Origin: Candidatus Zambryskiibacteriota bacterium
Lineage (GTDB): Bacteria > Patescibacteriota > Minisyncoccia > Phycocordibacterales > WO2-35-19
Reading direction: 5' to 3'
DNA: 64,000 nucleotides
Assembly (NCBI GenBank): GCA_048499675.1
Contig: JASNZL010000009.1
Span: 303 to 64,302 of the forward strand
Shown: positions 1 through 9,301 of the stretch, piece by piece
Numbering within the stretch: position 1 is the first letter of the stretch
Layout of the letters: each line of letters opens with the position of its first letter
The notes under the pieces: generated by a model
Told to the model about the DNA's origin: nothing
Seen by the model: only the letters and a program-made list of their open reading frames with translations
Databases searched by the model: none
Position numbers and translations under genes: made by a program

Positions 1-477
1 AAAAGACGTATATCTTCCTATATTGAAATATGGAGTAAAAATGAAAACAAAATACTTACTGAAATATCTAAGTCACTGAATTTGAGTTTCAATAGAGATG
101 TTATAGACGTTTATATTGTAAGCGGTATATCCAGAGCAACAAGTAATCCAATTATTATAAAAAGTGGTTTTACACCAAAAGAATTTTTAATCACCCTAAC
201 GCACGAGTTAATTCACAGAATTCAAGCATTAAACGAGCCTCAAATAACAATGAAAATTTTATCTGTCTTTGATATGTATTGTAAAGAAGAAACTCAGAGC
301 GTTAAAAATCACGTGGTTGTATATGCGACCTTAATTAATTTATTTGAAAACGACAACGAAATGCTCGGAATTATAAAAAATAGCACGAAAAACAACTCAG
401 AGTATATTAGAGCATACGAATTAGCAAAACCATATAAAGAAATTTTGGAATTTTATAGAAAGGCCCCCTGCGAGTAG
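1..477 (+). CDS. HEXXH-motif putative zinc metalloprotease-like protein, 5' truncated by the window edge
   Basis: Frame is open from base 1 (KRRISSYIEIWSKNE...) into the track ORF 82..477; THELIH motif. Confidence 0.6.
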   Translation, partial: KRRISSYIEIWSKNENKILTEISKSLNLSFNRDVIDVYIVSGISRATSNPIIIKSGFTPKEFLITLTHELIHRIQALNEPQITMKILSVFDMYCKEETQSVKNHVVVYATLINLFENDNEMLGIIKNSTKNNSEYIRAYELAKPYKEILEFYRKAPCE

Positions 478-488
478 CAGAGGGCCTT
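460..488. terminator. GC-rich hairpin between convergent genes, probable bidirectional terminator
   Basis: aaggcccc-ctgc-gagta-gcag-agggcctt, overlapping the stop of 1..477. Confidence 0.6.
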
Positions 489-497
489 CGGGTTGTG

Positions 498-584
498 TTA
501 CTCGGGAACTGCACCGGAATCCGCATTCGAATCCGCGGAGTAGTCGTCCGATACTGGCGTGTCGGGCTGGTCGTCTTCGTACAT
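498..584 (-). CDS. 28-aa acidic micro-protein MYEDDQPDTPVSDDYSADSNADSGAVPE (not in ORF track)
   Basis: ATG at 584 preceded by AGGAG; stop TAA; hairpin downstream; leader shared with 1398..1589. Confidence 0.55.
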   Translation of the reverse strand: MYEDDQPDTPVSDDYSADSNADSGAVPE

Positions 585-589
585 AATCC

Positions 590-653
590 AATCTCCTTTC
601 CTCAAGGTAAGCGATTTCTCGCTCCCCTATCCAAAGTACAGGCGAACCTGTCT
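590..653 (-). promoter_or_regulatory. Structured 5' leader, copy 1 (UUCG and GAAA hairpins followed by SD)
   Basis: Near-identical to 1595..1658; TTGACT and an AT-rich -10-like sequence lie upstream (~660-688). Confidence 0.6.
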
Positions 654-779
654 AATTTATATTATTAACATATATTAAATAAAGTCAATATTGACCAAGC
701 ATCTACTGTGTTATAAATAAAGATTATTTCCTATTGTATTTTCTTGATTCAGTTAATACCTTATATTATTGTTAAGAAT

Positions 780-1364
780 ATGCCCATAAACTTTTTGACT
801 GTCTTATTAATCTTGATAACCGTTTTTAGTTTTATTTTTTTGTTAACCCTACTTTTCTTTTATTTATCAGGATTTATTTCTTTACTCTTTGGTGCGCCAT
901 ATATACCACTCTCAAGAAAACCTATTAAAAAAATTTTGTCATTTGGGGGCCTATCTTCAAATGATGTTTTCTTTGACTTGGGGTGTGGTGATGGTCGGAT
1001 CTTAATACCTAGCCTCCTTAATTTTAATGTCTCGAGAGCCGTTGGTTATGAAATAGCTCCATGGCCATATCTCAAAAGTCTGTTTTTAATTAAATATAAA
1101 CAAATAGAAAGAATAGAACTATTTAGAAAAAATTTTTTGGAGGAAGATTTTAGAGAAGCTACATTTATTTATCTTTATCTATTTCCAAAATTAGTAAACA
1201 AAATTGCTTATAAAATTGCATCAGGAAAGATGTATAATACCAAAATTTTATGTGTTGAATTTCCGATAGACTTAAATAAACACAATGAATTTAAACTTTT
1301 AAAATCTGGCAAAATAGATGGTCTTATGGTGTATTTGTATGTACTAAAACCCCGCAATTCATAA
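780..1364 (+). CDS. Membrane-anchored class I SAM-dependent methyltransferase
   Basis: N-terminal TM, GAPYIP, DLGCGDGR motif I, GYEI, YLYL; ATG at 780 is in frame with track start 744. Confidence 0.85.
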   Translation: MPINFLTVLLILITVFSFIFLLTLLFFYLSGFISLLFGAPYIPLSRKPIKKILSFGGLSSNDVFFDLGCGDGRILIPSLLNFNVSRAVGYEIAPWPYLKSLFLIKYKQIERIELFRKNFLEEDFREATFIYLYLFPKLVNKIAYKIASGKMYNTKILCVEFPIDLNKHNEFKLLKSGKIDGLMVYLYVLKPRNS

Positions 1365-1382
1365 AAACGAATTGCGGGGTTT
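1347..1382. terminator. Hairpin terminator between convergent genes
   Basis: aaaccccgcaattc / gaattgcggggttt perfect inverted repeat. Confidence 0.7.
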
Positions 1383-1397
1383 GTTCTTGTCCAGCTT

Positions 1398-1589
1398 TCA
1401 GTCTTCCCACTGACCCTTGGCGATTGCATCGCCAACAGTCTGACCGGAATCCACTCGAATTTGTCGCTCTTCGCCAGTCTCAGTGTTCACAACCTTATGA
1501 GAATTGGTATCCTCACCAGGCAGAATTGCATTGAGAAGATCGTGCGACATATTGCAACAAACTCCTTTGTCTTCCCACTTTTCAGCCAT
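1398..1589 (-). CDS. 63-aa hypothetical protein (MAEKWEDKGVCC...)
   Basis: ATG at 1589 after AGGAG SD and the shared leader; terminator downstream. Confidence 0.65.
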   Translation of the reverse strand: MAEKWEDKGVCCNMSHDLLNAILPGEDTNSHKVVNTETGEERQIRVDSGQTVGDAIAKGQWED

Positions 1590-1594
1590 AATAG

Positions 1595-1658
1595 AATCTC
1601 CTTCCCTCAAGGTAAGCGATTTCTCGCTCCCCTATCCAAAGTACAGGCGAACCCGTCT
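1595..1658 (-). promoter_or_regulatory. Structured 5' leader, copy 2
   Basis: Differs from 590..653 at 2 positions. Confidence 0.6.
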
Positions 1659-1771
1659 GAATATAATAGTATAATTACCTGTATTTTTGTTAAGTTAACA
1701 AGTTTATTTAAAGTTTTTTAATCTCTACAAGATTAAAGATTAAATTTTATATAATTAAAGTATAATAAAGA

Positions 1772-1808
1772 AAAATCCGCGTGCCTCGGAGAGAGGAACG
1801 CGGATTTT
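1772..1808 (-). terminator. Intrinsic terminator of 1824..2990
   Basis: aaaatccgcg...cgcggatttt stem, U-tract on the minus strand. Confidence 0.7.
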
Positions 1809-1823
1809 GGAAGGAACTTGTGC

Positions 1824-2990
1824 TCACTTTTCAGGGTGAGCGATTGTCGAGGTGATTGAATCACCTGTTGCGCGAAGGCCCAAGACGGCGATTTTGCAGC
1901 CGGCCTCAGAACCTTCGAAAGTGAGCATTCCTCGGAATGGCAGTTCCTCGGAAACTCTAGTTTGAGCGATGACACCGGTCTTGATGTCACCTCCAAACAG
2001 AGAAGAGACGAGGTTGGCGTACACTCCGCCGGACCAAAGAAGATCTGGTACTTGAGGCAGAATGTTGCCTGCCTCCAACTCCTTGGGCAGATTGTGAGCC
2101 CAGAGCTCTTCCCCACTCCAGCCGTGTGCAGACACACGGACAGTCTGAGGTTTGTCGCAGAGGTTTAGCACTGCGAAGCTCGAGTTGTTGGGAGGCAAGG
2201 TCTGACCCTTAACCTCAACCGGCGTCTCAACCACTGGAACGCTCCAGCGGTTGGTAGCATCAGCCCACCAAGTGATGGGTACAGCCACTTGCCATGGCAT
2301 AGTCCCATTCTTGGTAGTGTATAAGAAGGTCAGTTGCGTCGTGAACGCATCCAACACTTCTTCTGAGGTGCCTTTGAGGATAACCATGACGGAACCAGTG
2401 ACGATTCCGTCCTTTTGGTAGCAGGACACCCCGGTTGAGGTGATACCACACTCGGCGTCACCAACTACAGTATAGGTAGTGTTGCGCCCAGGAGGGTGGC
2501 CGGTCGTTAAACCACTAACCACGGTCTGAAGTGCTGGATTCCCACCCATCACAGACTTCATCTTCCCATCCATTCCTCTGGTAGACATATCGAAGTTGAC
2601 TGCACCCTCAACTAGTGAGTGAAGGTTGCCAATTATTTCAGTTCGCCATTTGCCGTATTGGTCCTCGCCGGCGGCGAACCACGGGAAGTACCCAATGCGT
2701 TCGCATGAGTATCCCCAACCTGGGTCATGACGAAGATAGTACTTGCCACAATCTACAGGAGTGGGGCTAAAGACGTTAACAGCCTGCCGCACCGCTCCCA
2801 CAGAGCGAGTGAAAATATGAGGAGTTGGGACTTTGTAGGTCCTTCCCTCAACCTCAATGGTGAACTCGGGGACATCTTCGTTGATGTCGCTGTTGAGCTG
2901 ATATGGAGCGATCACGACTGGCGTGACCTCTTGCGCCTTGGAGAAACTCCCTAGCGCTAAAAAAATGACAACGAGCATAGAAACCCGCAT
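1824..2990 (-). CDS. Secreted hypothetical protein, tandem paralog A
   Basis: Signal peptide (…SFSKA/QE), AGGAGG SD, beta-rich C-terminal domain; highly similar to 3181..4356. Confidence 0.8.
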   Translation of the reverse strand: MRVSMLVVIFLALGSFSKAQEVTPVVIAPYQLNSDINEDVPEFTIEVEGRTYKVPTPHIFTRSVGAVRQAVNVFSPTPVDCGKYYLRHDPGWGYSCERIGYFPWFAAGEDQYGKWRTEIIGNLHSLVEGAVNFDMSTRGMDGKMKSVMGGNPALQTVVSGLTTGHPPGRNTTYTVVGDAECGITSTGVSCYQKDGIVTGSVMVILKGTSEEVLDAFTTQLTFLYTTKNGTMPWQVAVPITWWADATNRWSVPVVETPVEVKGQTLPPNNSSFAVLNLCDKPQTVRVSAHGWSGEELWAHNLPKELEAGNILPQVPDLLWSGGVYANLVSSLFGGDIKTGVIAQTRVSEELPFRGMLTFEGSEAGCKIAVLGLRATGDSITSTIAHPEK

Positions 2991-3018
2991 GGAGTTCCTC
3001 CTTCCTAAATCTAATTAT

Positions 3019-3048
3019 ACTATATACCTAAATATTGGCTGTTGTCAA
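3019..3048 (-). promoter_or_regulatory. Sigma70-like promoter TTGACA-N18-TATAGT
   Basis: Same hexamers and spacing upstream of paralog B although the spacer has diverged. Confidence 0.6.
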
Positions 3049-3128
3049 GGGTTGCGTAATAGCTAAATACTTAGGATAGCTCTAAATATAGAGCTAATTA
3101 AAAAATGTAAATTTAAAATACCAAAAGA

Positions 3129-3165
3129 AAAACCCGCGCAGGCCCTTGGGGCGTGCGCGGATTTT
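3129..3165 (-). terminator. Intrinsic terminator of 3181..4356
   Basis: ccgcgca...tgcgcgg stem with U-tract on the minus strand. Confidence 0.7.
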
Positions 3166-3180
3166 GGAAGGAACTCGTGC

Positions 3181-4356
3181 TCACTTTTCAGGGTGAGCGA
3201 TAGTTGAGGTGATTGAATCACCAGTGGCGCGTAGACCGAGAACGGCGATTTTACAGCCGGCCTCGGAGCCTGTGAAGGTGAGGATACCCCGGAATGGCAG
3301 TTCCTCGGAAACTCTAGTTTGAGCGATGACACCGGTCTTGATGTCTTCACCAAACAATGAGGATACGAGATTGGCATACACTCCTCCGGACCAAAGAATG
3401 TCCGGAAGCTGAGGCATAATCTCCCCCGCCTCCAACTCCTTGGGTAGGTTGTGAGCCCACAGCTCTTCCCCACTCCAGCCGTGTGCAGACACACGAATGT
3501 TTTGAGGTTTGTCGCAGAGGTTCACCACTGCGAAACTGGAGTTGTTGGGAGGCAAGGTCTGACCCTTCACCTCAACTGGCGTCTCAACCACTGGAATGAT
3601 CCAGCGATTGGTGGCGTCAGCCAACCAATTGACGGGCACTGCCACTTGCCATGGTATAGTTCCGTTCTTGGTGGTGTAGAGAAAGGTCAGTTGCGTCGTG
3701 AACGCATCCAACACTTCCTCTGATGTACCACTTAGGATGACCATGACGGAACCGGTGACGACTCCGTCTTTTTGGTAGCAGGAGATACCGGTTGAGGTGA
3801 TACCACACTCGGCGTCACCAACAACTACATAGGTGGTGTTACGCCCTGGTGCGTGACCTGTGGCCGAATTACCACTTATTGTCTGAATTGATGGATTTCC
3901 ACCCATAACAGTCTTTGACTTACCATCCATACCCCGCATGGAGATCTGAAAGTTGACAGCTCCCACAACCTGTGAGGAGAGCGAGCCGACGACTTCAGTT
4001 CGCCATTTGCCGTATTGGTTCTCGCCGGCGGCGAACCACGGGAAGTACCCCACACGCTCACAGGTGAAGCCCCAACCTTCGTGGTAACGAAGGTGGTACT
4101 TGCCACAATCTACAGGAGTGGGGCTAAAGACGTTAACAGCCTGCCGCACCGCTCCAACGGAGCGAGTGAAGGTGCTTGGGATTTGGACTTTGTAGGTCCT
4201 TCCCTCGACCTCAACGGTGAACTCAGGAACATCTTCGTTGAGGATGTCGCCAACCAGTTGATATGGAGCGGTCACGATCGGAGTCGTGACCTCTTGCGCC
4301 TTGGAGAAACTCCCAAGCGCTAAAACAATAATGACAACGAGCATAGAAACCCGCAT
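3181..4356 (-). CDS. Secreted hypothetical protein, tandem paralog B
   Basis: Paralog of 1824..2990 with identical SD region and identical C-terminus. Confidence 0.8.
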   Translation of the reverse strand: MRVSMLVVIIVLALGSFSKAQEVTTPIVTAPYQLVGDILNEDVPEFTVEVEGRTYKVQIPSTFTRSVGAVRQAVNVFSPTPVDCGKYHLRYHEGWGFTCERVGYFPWFAAGENQYGKWRTEVVGSLSSQVVGAVNFQISMRGMDGKSKTVMGGNPSIQTISGNSATGHAPGRNTTYVVVGDAECGITSTGISCYQKDGVVTGSVMVILSGTSEEVLDAFTTQLTFLYTTKNGTIPWQVAVPVNWLADATNRWIIPVVETPVEVKGQTLPPNNSSFAVVNLCDKPQNIRVSAHGWSGEELWAHNLPKELEAGEIMPQLPDILWSGGVYANLVSSLFGEDIKTGVIAQTRVSEELPFRGILTFTGSEAGCKIAVLGLRATGDSITSTIAHPEK

Positions 4357-4384
4357 GGAGTTCCTCCTTCCTAAATCTGTTCAT

Positions 4385-4414
4385 ACTATATAGTTAAATA
4401 TATGAGTTTGTCAA
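4385..4414 (-). promoter_or_regulatory. Sigma70-like promoter TTGACA-N18-TATAGT
   Basis: Mirrors 3019..3048. Confidence 0.6.
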
Positions 4415-4427
4415 AGCCAATAGTGGA

Positions 4428-5378
4428 CTATTTGCAGATAGTAACCACCTCACAAAAGGTTTGAACATTCGTTGCAGATCCCGCTTTTAGTGGCTCACAT
4501 TTAATATTATTCACACAACTTCCCGTATCACCAGTATTATCGTAATTAAATGGAACATCCGCATACCCTTGATTTAATTCTGTTGTTGTTAGCGTTCTTG
4601 AGTATGTTGTACTGTTGTTTGCCGACCATCTTGCATCTAGATTTGCTGCATTTGCAGGTGCACAAGAAGCAACCGATTGAAGAGTGTCAGCCGTGAGTGT
4701 ATATGTCGTCCCAGCACTACCATTAGTGCTTCCAGAAGCAGAAACAGAACCTATATTTGGAGTTATGCTTCTATTTGAACAATTAGCTGTCACCCAAGAT
4801 AGTGTAGCACTCGAGTTGCAGGTGAAAGATGATATTGTGCAACTTTGTTGTGTTGTTTTTGTGAACCAAATAGTGTGATAAAGGGGACCGGCAGTTACAC
4901 CTGATATGATTGGATTACTTTGACCACCTGTGGCAAAATCAATTCTATAATCTCCATTTGGTAGGGAGGATATGTCTGCGTCAACTGAAAAATCGTGAAT
5001 ATATGCCATAAAATCGTCTTGAGTAGCACAACTAGTACCGTTTTGAGTTATGCCAGCAAAAGCATTTCCCTCTAAAAATTTTGTACCCGATGTATTGTAT
5101 ATCTCATACATCAAACCACCAAAAGTTAAGGCTATATTCCCTCCTGATTGAGGAGGACAAGCGTTCGAGTCAAAGACAATAGAACCATATATTTGACCAC
5201 TCACACTCAAAGTGCTAGATGTTTGGCTTGTTGTAATATTTTGCCATGTTCCTGCCATGTTGTAGTTGGCTGATTGAGCTTCGGCCACATCTGTTATTTT
5301 AGTAATAGAAAATACAACCAATACAACCAACATTACAATAGTCACATATGATATTTTTTTCAAAAATTCTTTTTTCAT
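4428..5378 (-). CDS. Secreted or surface Ser/Thr/Cys-rich hypothetical protein
   Basis: N-terminal signal/TM; Ig-like 'ATLSW...C...GSVSASGS...TTYTLTA' segment. Confidence 0.7.
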   Translation of the reverse strand: MKKEFLKKISYVTIVMLVVLVVFSITKITDVAEAQSANYNMAGTWQNITTSQTSSTLSVSGQIYGSIVFDSNACPPQSGGNIALTFGGLMYEIYNTSGTKFLEGNAFAGITQNGTSCATQDDFMAYIHDFSVDADISSLPNGDYRIDFATGGQSNPIISGVTAGPLYHTIWFTKTTQQSCTISSFTCNSSATLSWVTANCSNRSITPNIGSVSASGSTNGSAGTTYTLTADTLQSVASCAPANAANLDARWSANNSTTYSRTLTTTELNQGYADVPFNYDNTGDTGSCVNNIKCEPLKAGSATNVQTFCEVVTICK

Positions 5379-5897
5379 TTATATTCTAGTTATGTAAGTA
5401 ATGTTTAACACAAAATTGTCTCCGTTTGGGAATATACTTACCGCCATAATACCCCCAGCTCTTGAGAAAACTAGATTCATTATCTTCCCATCATTGTTCT
5501 CACTCATAAGTTGCCACTGATTCACCTCATTGGTCAATGTTTCTTTATATTTATTAAACAATTCTTCCGGATTTTCGTTTGAAACTAAAAACTCTAAGAC
5601 TTTGTGATTCTCTTGACTATTAACCATAGTATCCTCTCCTCTCAAGTATTCTACTTCGCCAGTCATAAGGAACACATCAACCGGAAAGCCAACTGGGACC
5701 TGCCATTTTTCCATTATGGTATATATATAGTCTGGCGATAATTCCTCTTGTACTTGTTTATTTACAAAGAAAAACCAAAAAACCAAAATGAGTGCAATCA
5801 AAATAGCCAGAGTGATTATAAGTTTTGCGCGATTGTTGCCATTTTTATTATTTTCTTGATTACCAAAATTTTGGTTTTGTGCTTCATACTCATTCAT
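5379..5897 (-). CDS. Membrane-anchored hypothetical protein
   Basis: Single N-terminal TM; 'VPVGFP' motif similar to the neighbour's 'VPNDFP'. Confidence 0.7.
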   Translation of the reverse strand: MNEYEAQNQNFGNQENNKNGNNRAKLIITLAILIALILVFWFFFVNKQVQEELSPDYIYTIMEKWQVPVGFPVDVFLMTGEVEYLRGEDTMVNSQENHKVLEFLVSNENPEELFNKYKETLTNEVNQWQLMSENNDGKIMNLVFSRAGGIMAVSIFPNGDNFVLNITYITRI

Positions 5898-5906
5898 AAT
5901 ATTAAA

Positions 5907-6371
5907 TTATTGACTATTAAATGTAGCTTCTACTTGTATGGAATTAAAGGCATCTTTGAGCTCTCTAAAACCCATGCTAATTTTTGTGTTACCCAAACTT
6001 CCAGATAATTGACCCAAACCATCTCCAAAATCTATATAAACAACTTCAAATCCTTTTTCTTTTAAATAACTCTCATAGCGAGTTTTAATAACATCTCTAC
6101 TTTCAGAACTTGTTTGCCACAGAGCTGTATAGGAAATCGTTCCAACATAAGATCTTTCGAACTCTTGCTCAAAATTTACTCCCTGAGGTAAAGGAAAATC
6201 GTTTGGTACCAAACTTTGTTTGGCTCCAAGATCCAAAGATTCCGAGTACACAGGTAATTCTATGTTATTTCTATCACTTAGGTTAATAAAGATATATATA
6301 AATCCTATAACTAATACAATTAGGATATATAAAATTGGCTTCTTTAAAATATTTTCATTATCTTTGAACAT
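5907..6371 (-). CDS. Membrane-anchored hypothetical protein
   Basis: Single TM; operonic with downstream genes. Confidence 0.7.
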   Translation of the reverse strand: MFKDNENILKKPILYILIVLVIGFIYIFINLSDRNNIELPVYSESLDLGAKQSLVPNDFPLPQGVNFEQEFERSYVGTISYTALWQTSSESRDVIKTRYESYLKEKGFEVVYIDFGDGLGQLSGSLGNTKISMGFRELKDAFNSIQVEATFNSQ

Positions 6372-6567
6372 TTTTTTATATTTATTGTAATTATTTTAAT
6401 TTTATCATCTATGCGATTAATAAAATTAAAAAGGTGTGAATAAAAGATATCTACTCCAGAGCATCAAAAATGCTCACCAAACCAACTTTTTGATTTTATA
6501 ACTCTGAATACTTCACTGTTCTTTTTGAAAATATTTTGAAAATATATGCAAAGTTTATAAGTAGATT

Positions 6568-8043
6568 CTAATATTCCAAAATGTCACCCTCATTAAGACC
6601 TTCCAAGACCTCAGCAAAGCTGTCATTTCCTGAAATACCTATTTTTATAAGGGTTTTTTCGGAATTTTTGCCCACTTTTTTATTTACATAAGTATCCCCA
6701 CCTTCTCTTGAAATCGCGTATGTCGGCACTCGTAAAACATTTTCTTTTTTGCTTGTTTCTATTTTTAAATTCGCAGTCATACCATTTTTAATTTTCGGGT
6801 TTGGCTCACCCAAAAGAACTCGTATTTTGAAATTGACAACACCGTCTATAATAAAATCTCCTGGTTCAATCAAAAAAACAAATCCTTCAAATACCTCATT
6901 CGGATAGGCATCAAAATCCACCAAAACTCTGTCACCCTCTGATACTTTGCCAATATTTATCTCCGATATATTTGCTTCTATATATACATCATTTTGGCTT
7001 GTAATTGAGATAATCGAATTCCCCGGAGAAACAATGGTCCCAACTTTTGCATCTTGTTTTGTTATGATTCCATCAAAAGGAGAAATTACTGAAGTTTTGC
7101 TCAAATTTGCCTGTAGTGATTCAAGGGACGCTCTCGCTTGAGCCACTCTTGCTTCTTGTGATAAAACATTTTTATACTGACCATCCGCTCCCAATGTTGG
7201 CGCCAAATTCAATTTATCTTTTGCATTTACAATTTTTGTTTTTGAACCAGACACTTCTGTTCTTGCTAGCGATATTGTGGTTTTGTAATTATTTACCGTA
7301 GTCTCGTATTGGAACTCAGCTGGTGTAAATGTGTTTATTGCACTTGCTACCTTATCAAGAAAACTAGATATTTGATTTAAATCATTTAAGGCCATAAGAG
7401 CATTTGACGATACATTACTGGAATCAAGATCTGTCATTCTAAGATTCCAATCATTCAAAACTTTTTCTACCGATTTTCTATCATTATTTATAGAAGTTTG
7501 CATAGAAGAAGGGATTGGGAAATAATGCACAAAACTTCCATCTTCGAATGTTACTTCAAACATAGGGTTATCTGGAATGTTTTTGAAAAATTGGTCTACC
7601 CTGTTTCTCACTGCATTATCGGCTGAAACAAAAGCTTCTCTTATTACTACTTCTAGATTTCTATATGCATCATTATATGATGCGGGCGCTGTAGTTTTGA
7701 GCTCTTCGAGTTTTATCAACTCCTCGTCTAGAATAGCTCTAGCTCTGCTTATATCAGAATTAACTTCTCCTGAATCAAGTGAGGCGATTACATCTCCCCT
7801 TCTTACACTGTCTCCAACAAAGTAATTCACAGAACCAACCCTCCCAGATTTATCAAACCCTAATTCTACATTTTGATTGGGGAAAACTTTGCCCGTAGCC
7901 ATCACGTATTGGACCACTTCCCCTCTTGCGATTGTATGAGTTTCCAGAGTGTTACCATTTTTAAGACCAAAATACGAAATGACTGCAATTATCAAAATAG
8001 CAGGAATTATTACTGTCTTTTTAAAAATAAATTGTTTGATCAT
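6568..8043 (-). CDS. MacA/HlyD-type efflux adaptor (membrane fusion) subunit
   Basis: Lipoyl-like halves (SGRVGSV..GDSVRRGD; SPFDGII), coiled coil, ANISEINIGKV, GLNEGD. Confidence 0.85.
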   Translation of the reverse strand: MIKQFIFKKTVIIPAILIIAVISYFGLKNGNTLETHTIARGEVVQYVMATGKVFPNQNVELGFDKSGRVGSVNYFVGDSVRRGDVIASLDSGEVNSDISRARAILDEELIKLEELKTTAPASYNDAYRNLEVVIREAFVSADNAVRNRVDQFFKNIPDNPMFEVTFEDGSFVHYFPIPSSMQTSINNDRKSVEKVLNDWNLRMTDLDSSNVSSNALMALNDLNQISSFLDKVASAINTFTPAEFQYETTVNNYKTTISLARTEVSGSKTKIVNAKDKLNLAPTLGADGQYKNVLSQEARVAQARASLESLQANLSKTSVISPFDGIITKQDAKVGTIVSPGNSIISITSQNDVYIEANISEINIGKVSEGDRVLVDFDAYPNEVFEGFVFLIEPGDFIIDGVVNFKIRVLLGEPNPKIKNGMTANLKIETSKKENVLRVPTYAISREGGDTYVNKKVGKNSEKTLIKIGISGNDSFAEVLEGLNEGDILEY

Positions 8044-8077
8044 AGTGTTTATTCAGAATAATTATTTTAACATATTT

Positions 8078-8776
8078 TTATAATTTTATTATTTTTTTAG
8101 GCTCACCGTCTTCCAAAATTTTACCATCTCCAATTTTGATAGCTCTTTTAGTTAAAACTGCATATTCCGGCTCGTGCGTGACCATTATAATAGTCTGTCC
8201 GGTATTATTTAATTCTATAAATGTTTTCATCACCACATCAGCCGTCTCACTATCCAAATTGGCCGTAGGTTCGTCCGCAAATATAATTTTGGGCTCGTGA
8301 GCTATAGCGCGAGCAATCGAAACCCTCTGTTGCTCCCCTCCTGAAAGTTGATTTGGAAGGTTGTCGAGCCTGTGACCCATACCTATCCTGTCTAGTGCAA
8401 TCTTTGCTTTTTCGTAGGCAATTTCATTTGGAAGACCTTGCATAAGAAGAGGTATCACCGTATTCTCAATTGCCGATAATTCTGGGACGAGCGCATAATC
8501 CTGAAAAACATACCCAAGTTCATCTAGTCTAAATTTGGTTCTTTCTTCTTTTTCCAAACTAGTTACTTCCACACCATTGATTATAATCTGTCCAGAATTT
8601 GGATGATCTAGTAATCCCAATTGATACAGTAATGTTGATTTACCCGAGCCAGATCTACCGGTAATAGCAAAAAAGTCTTCCTTTTCTATTATAAAGGACA
8701 TCTGATTTAAAACCACGAGTTCGCTCTCTCCTGTTTTGAACGATTTTGTTAAATTTTTTACACTAATTATATTCAT
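8078..8776 (-). CDS. ABC transporter ATP-binding protein (MacB/LolD type)
   Basis: GRSGSGKST, LSGGEQQRV, ADEPTANLD, VTHE. Confidence 0.92.
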   Translation of the reverse strand: MNIISVKNLTKSFKTGESELVVLNQMSFIIEKEDFFAITGRSGSGKSTLLYQLGLLDHPNSGQIIINGVEVTSLEKEERTKFRLDELGYVFQDYALVPELSAIENTVIPLLMQGLPNEIAYEKAKIALDRIGMGHRLDNLPNQLSGGEQQRVSIARAIAHEPKIIFADEPTANLDSETADVVMKTFIELNNTGQTIIMVTHEPEYAVLTKRAIKIGDGKILEDGEPKKIIKL

Positions 8777-8818
8777 GATACGAAAACTATGCGAAAGTTA
8801 CGAAAAACTACGAAAATT
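8777..8818 (+). repeat. ~42-bp repeat of four ~10-bp-phased CGAAA units; left inverted repeat of the GxxExxY cassette
   Basis: gatacgaaaactatgcgaaagttacgaaaaactacgaaaatt. Confidence 0.7.
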
Positions 8819-9218
8819 GTTCGGAATCAATTCTGATAATTCTTGTAGGCTTCATAAATTTTTCTCTGAAATTAACCAATAAACCCAGTTTAACTTTAGC
8901 ATGCTGTAAATAATTTTGTATTTGTCTGTAATGATCCTTCAATACGAATCTTGTAGCCTTTAATTCTAATACAATTTTATTATCAATAATAAAATCAATA
9001 ATATTTCCAGTATTTCCAATTGTAACTTCTCTACTATATGGTATGTTTTTTTCTTTAAGTTTTTGCTCAATCATATCCCCATACTGCTTCTCTCTAGCAA
9101 ATTGTCCTAATTCTTTTTTAACTTCAAATAAAACACCATTAATTGTATAGGAGAGTTCTGGATATATAACCTTACTACTATAAACTCTATTTTCTATTTT
9201 TTTACTATTACTTACCAT
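8808..9218 (-). CDS. GxxExxY protein (PD-(D/E)xK nuclease-like)
   Basis: YPELSY.I.G..F.V..ELGQFAREKQY, DFIIDNKIVLELKA, QIQNYL, GLLVNF. Confidence 0.85.
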   Translation of the reverse strand: MVSNSKKIENRVYSSKVIYPELSYTINGVLFEVKKELGQFAREKQYGDMIEQKLKEKNIPYSREVTIGNTGNIIDFIIDNKIVLELKATRFVLKDHYRQIQNYLQHAKVKLGLLVNFREKFMKPTRIIRIDSEQFS

Positions 9219-9301
9219 AATGTTTATTTGCCTTTATTTTAATACTCACGGGAATTTTAATTCCTGCACATACACTTTTGGGCCACCATATTGATCTTTT
9301 G

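Noticed and set aside
1733-3494. Alternative-frame ORFs 1733..2137 and 3063..3494 present in both duplicates
   Set aside because: Their similarity follows from the DNA duplication, and they run through terminators to different stops.
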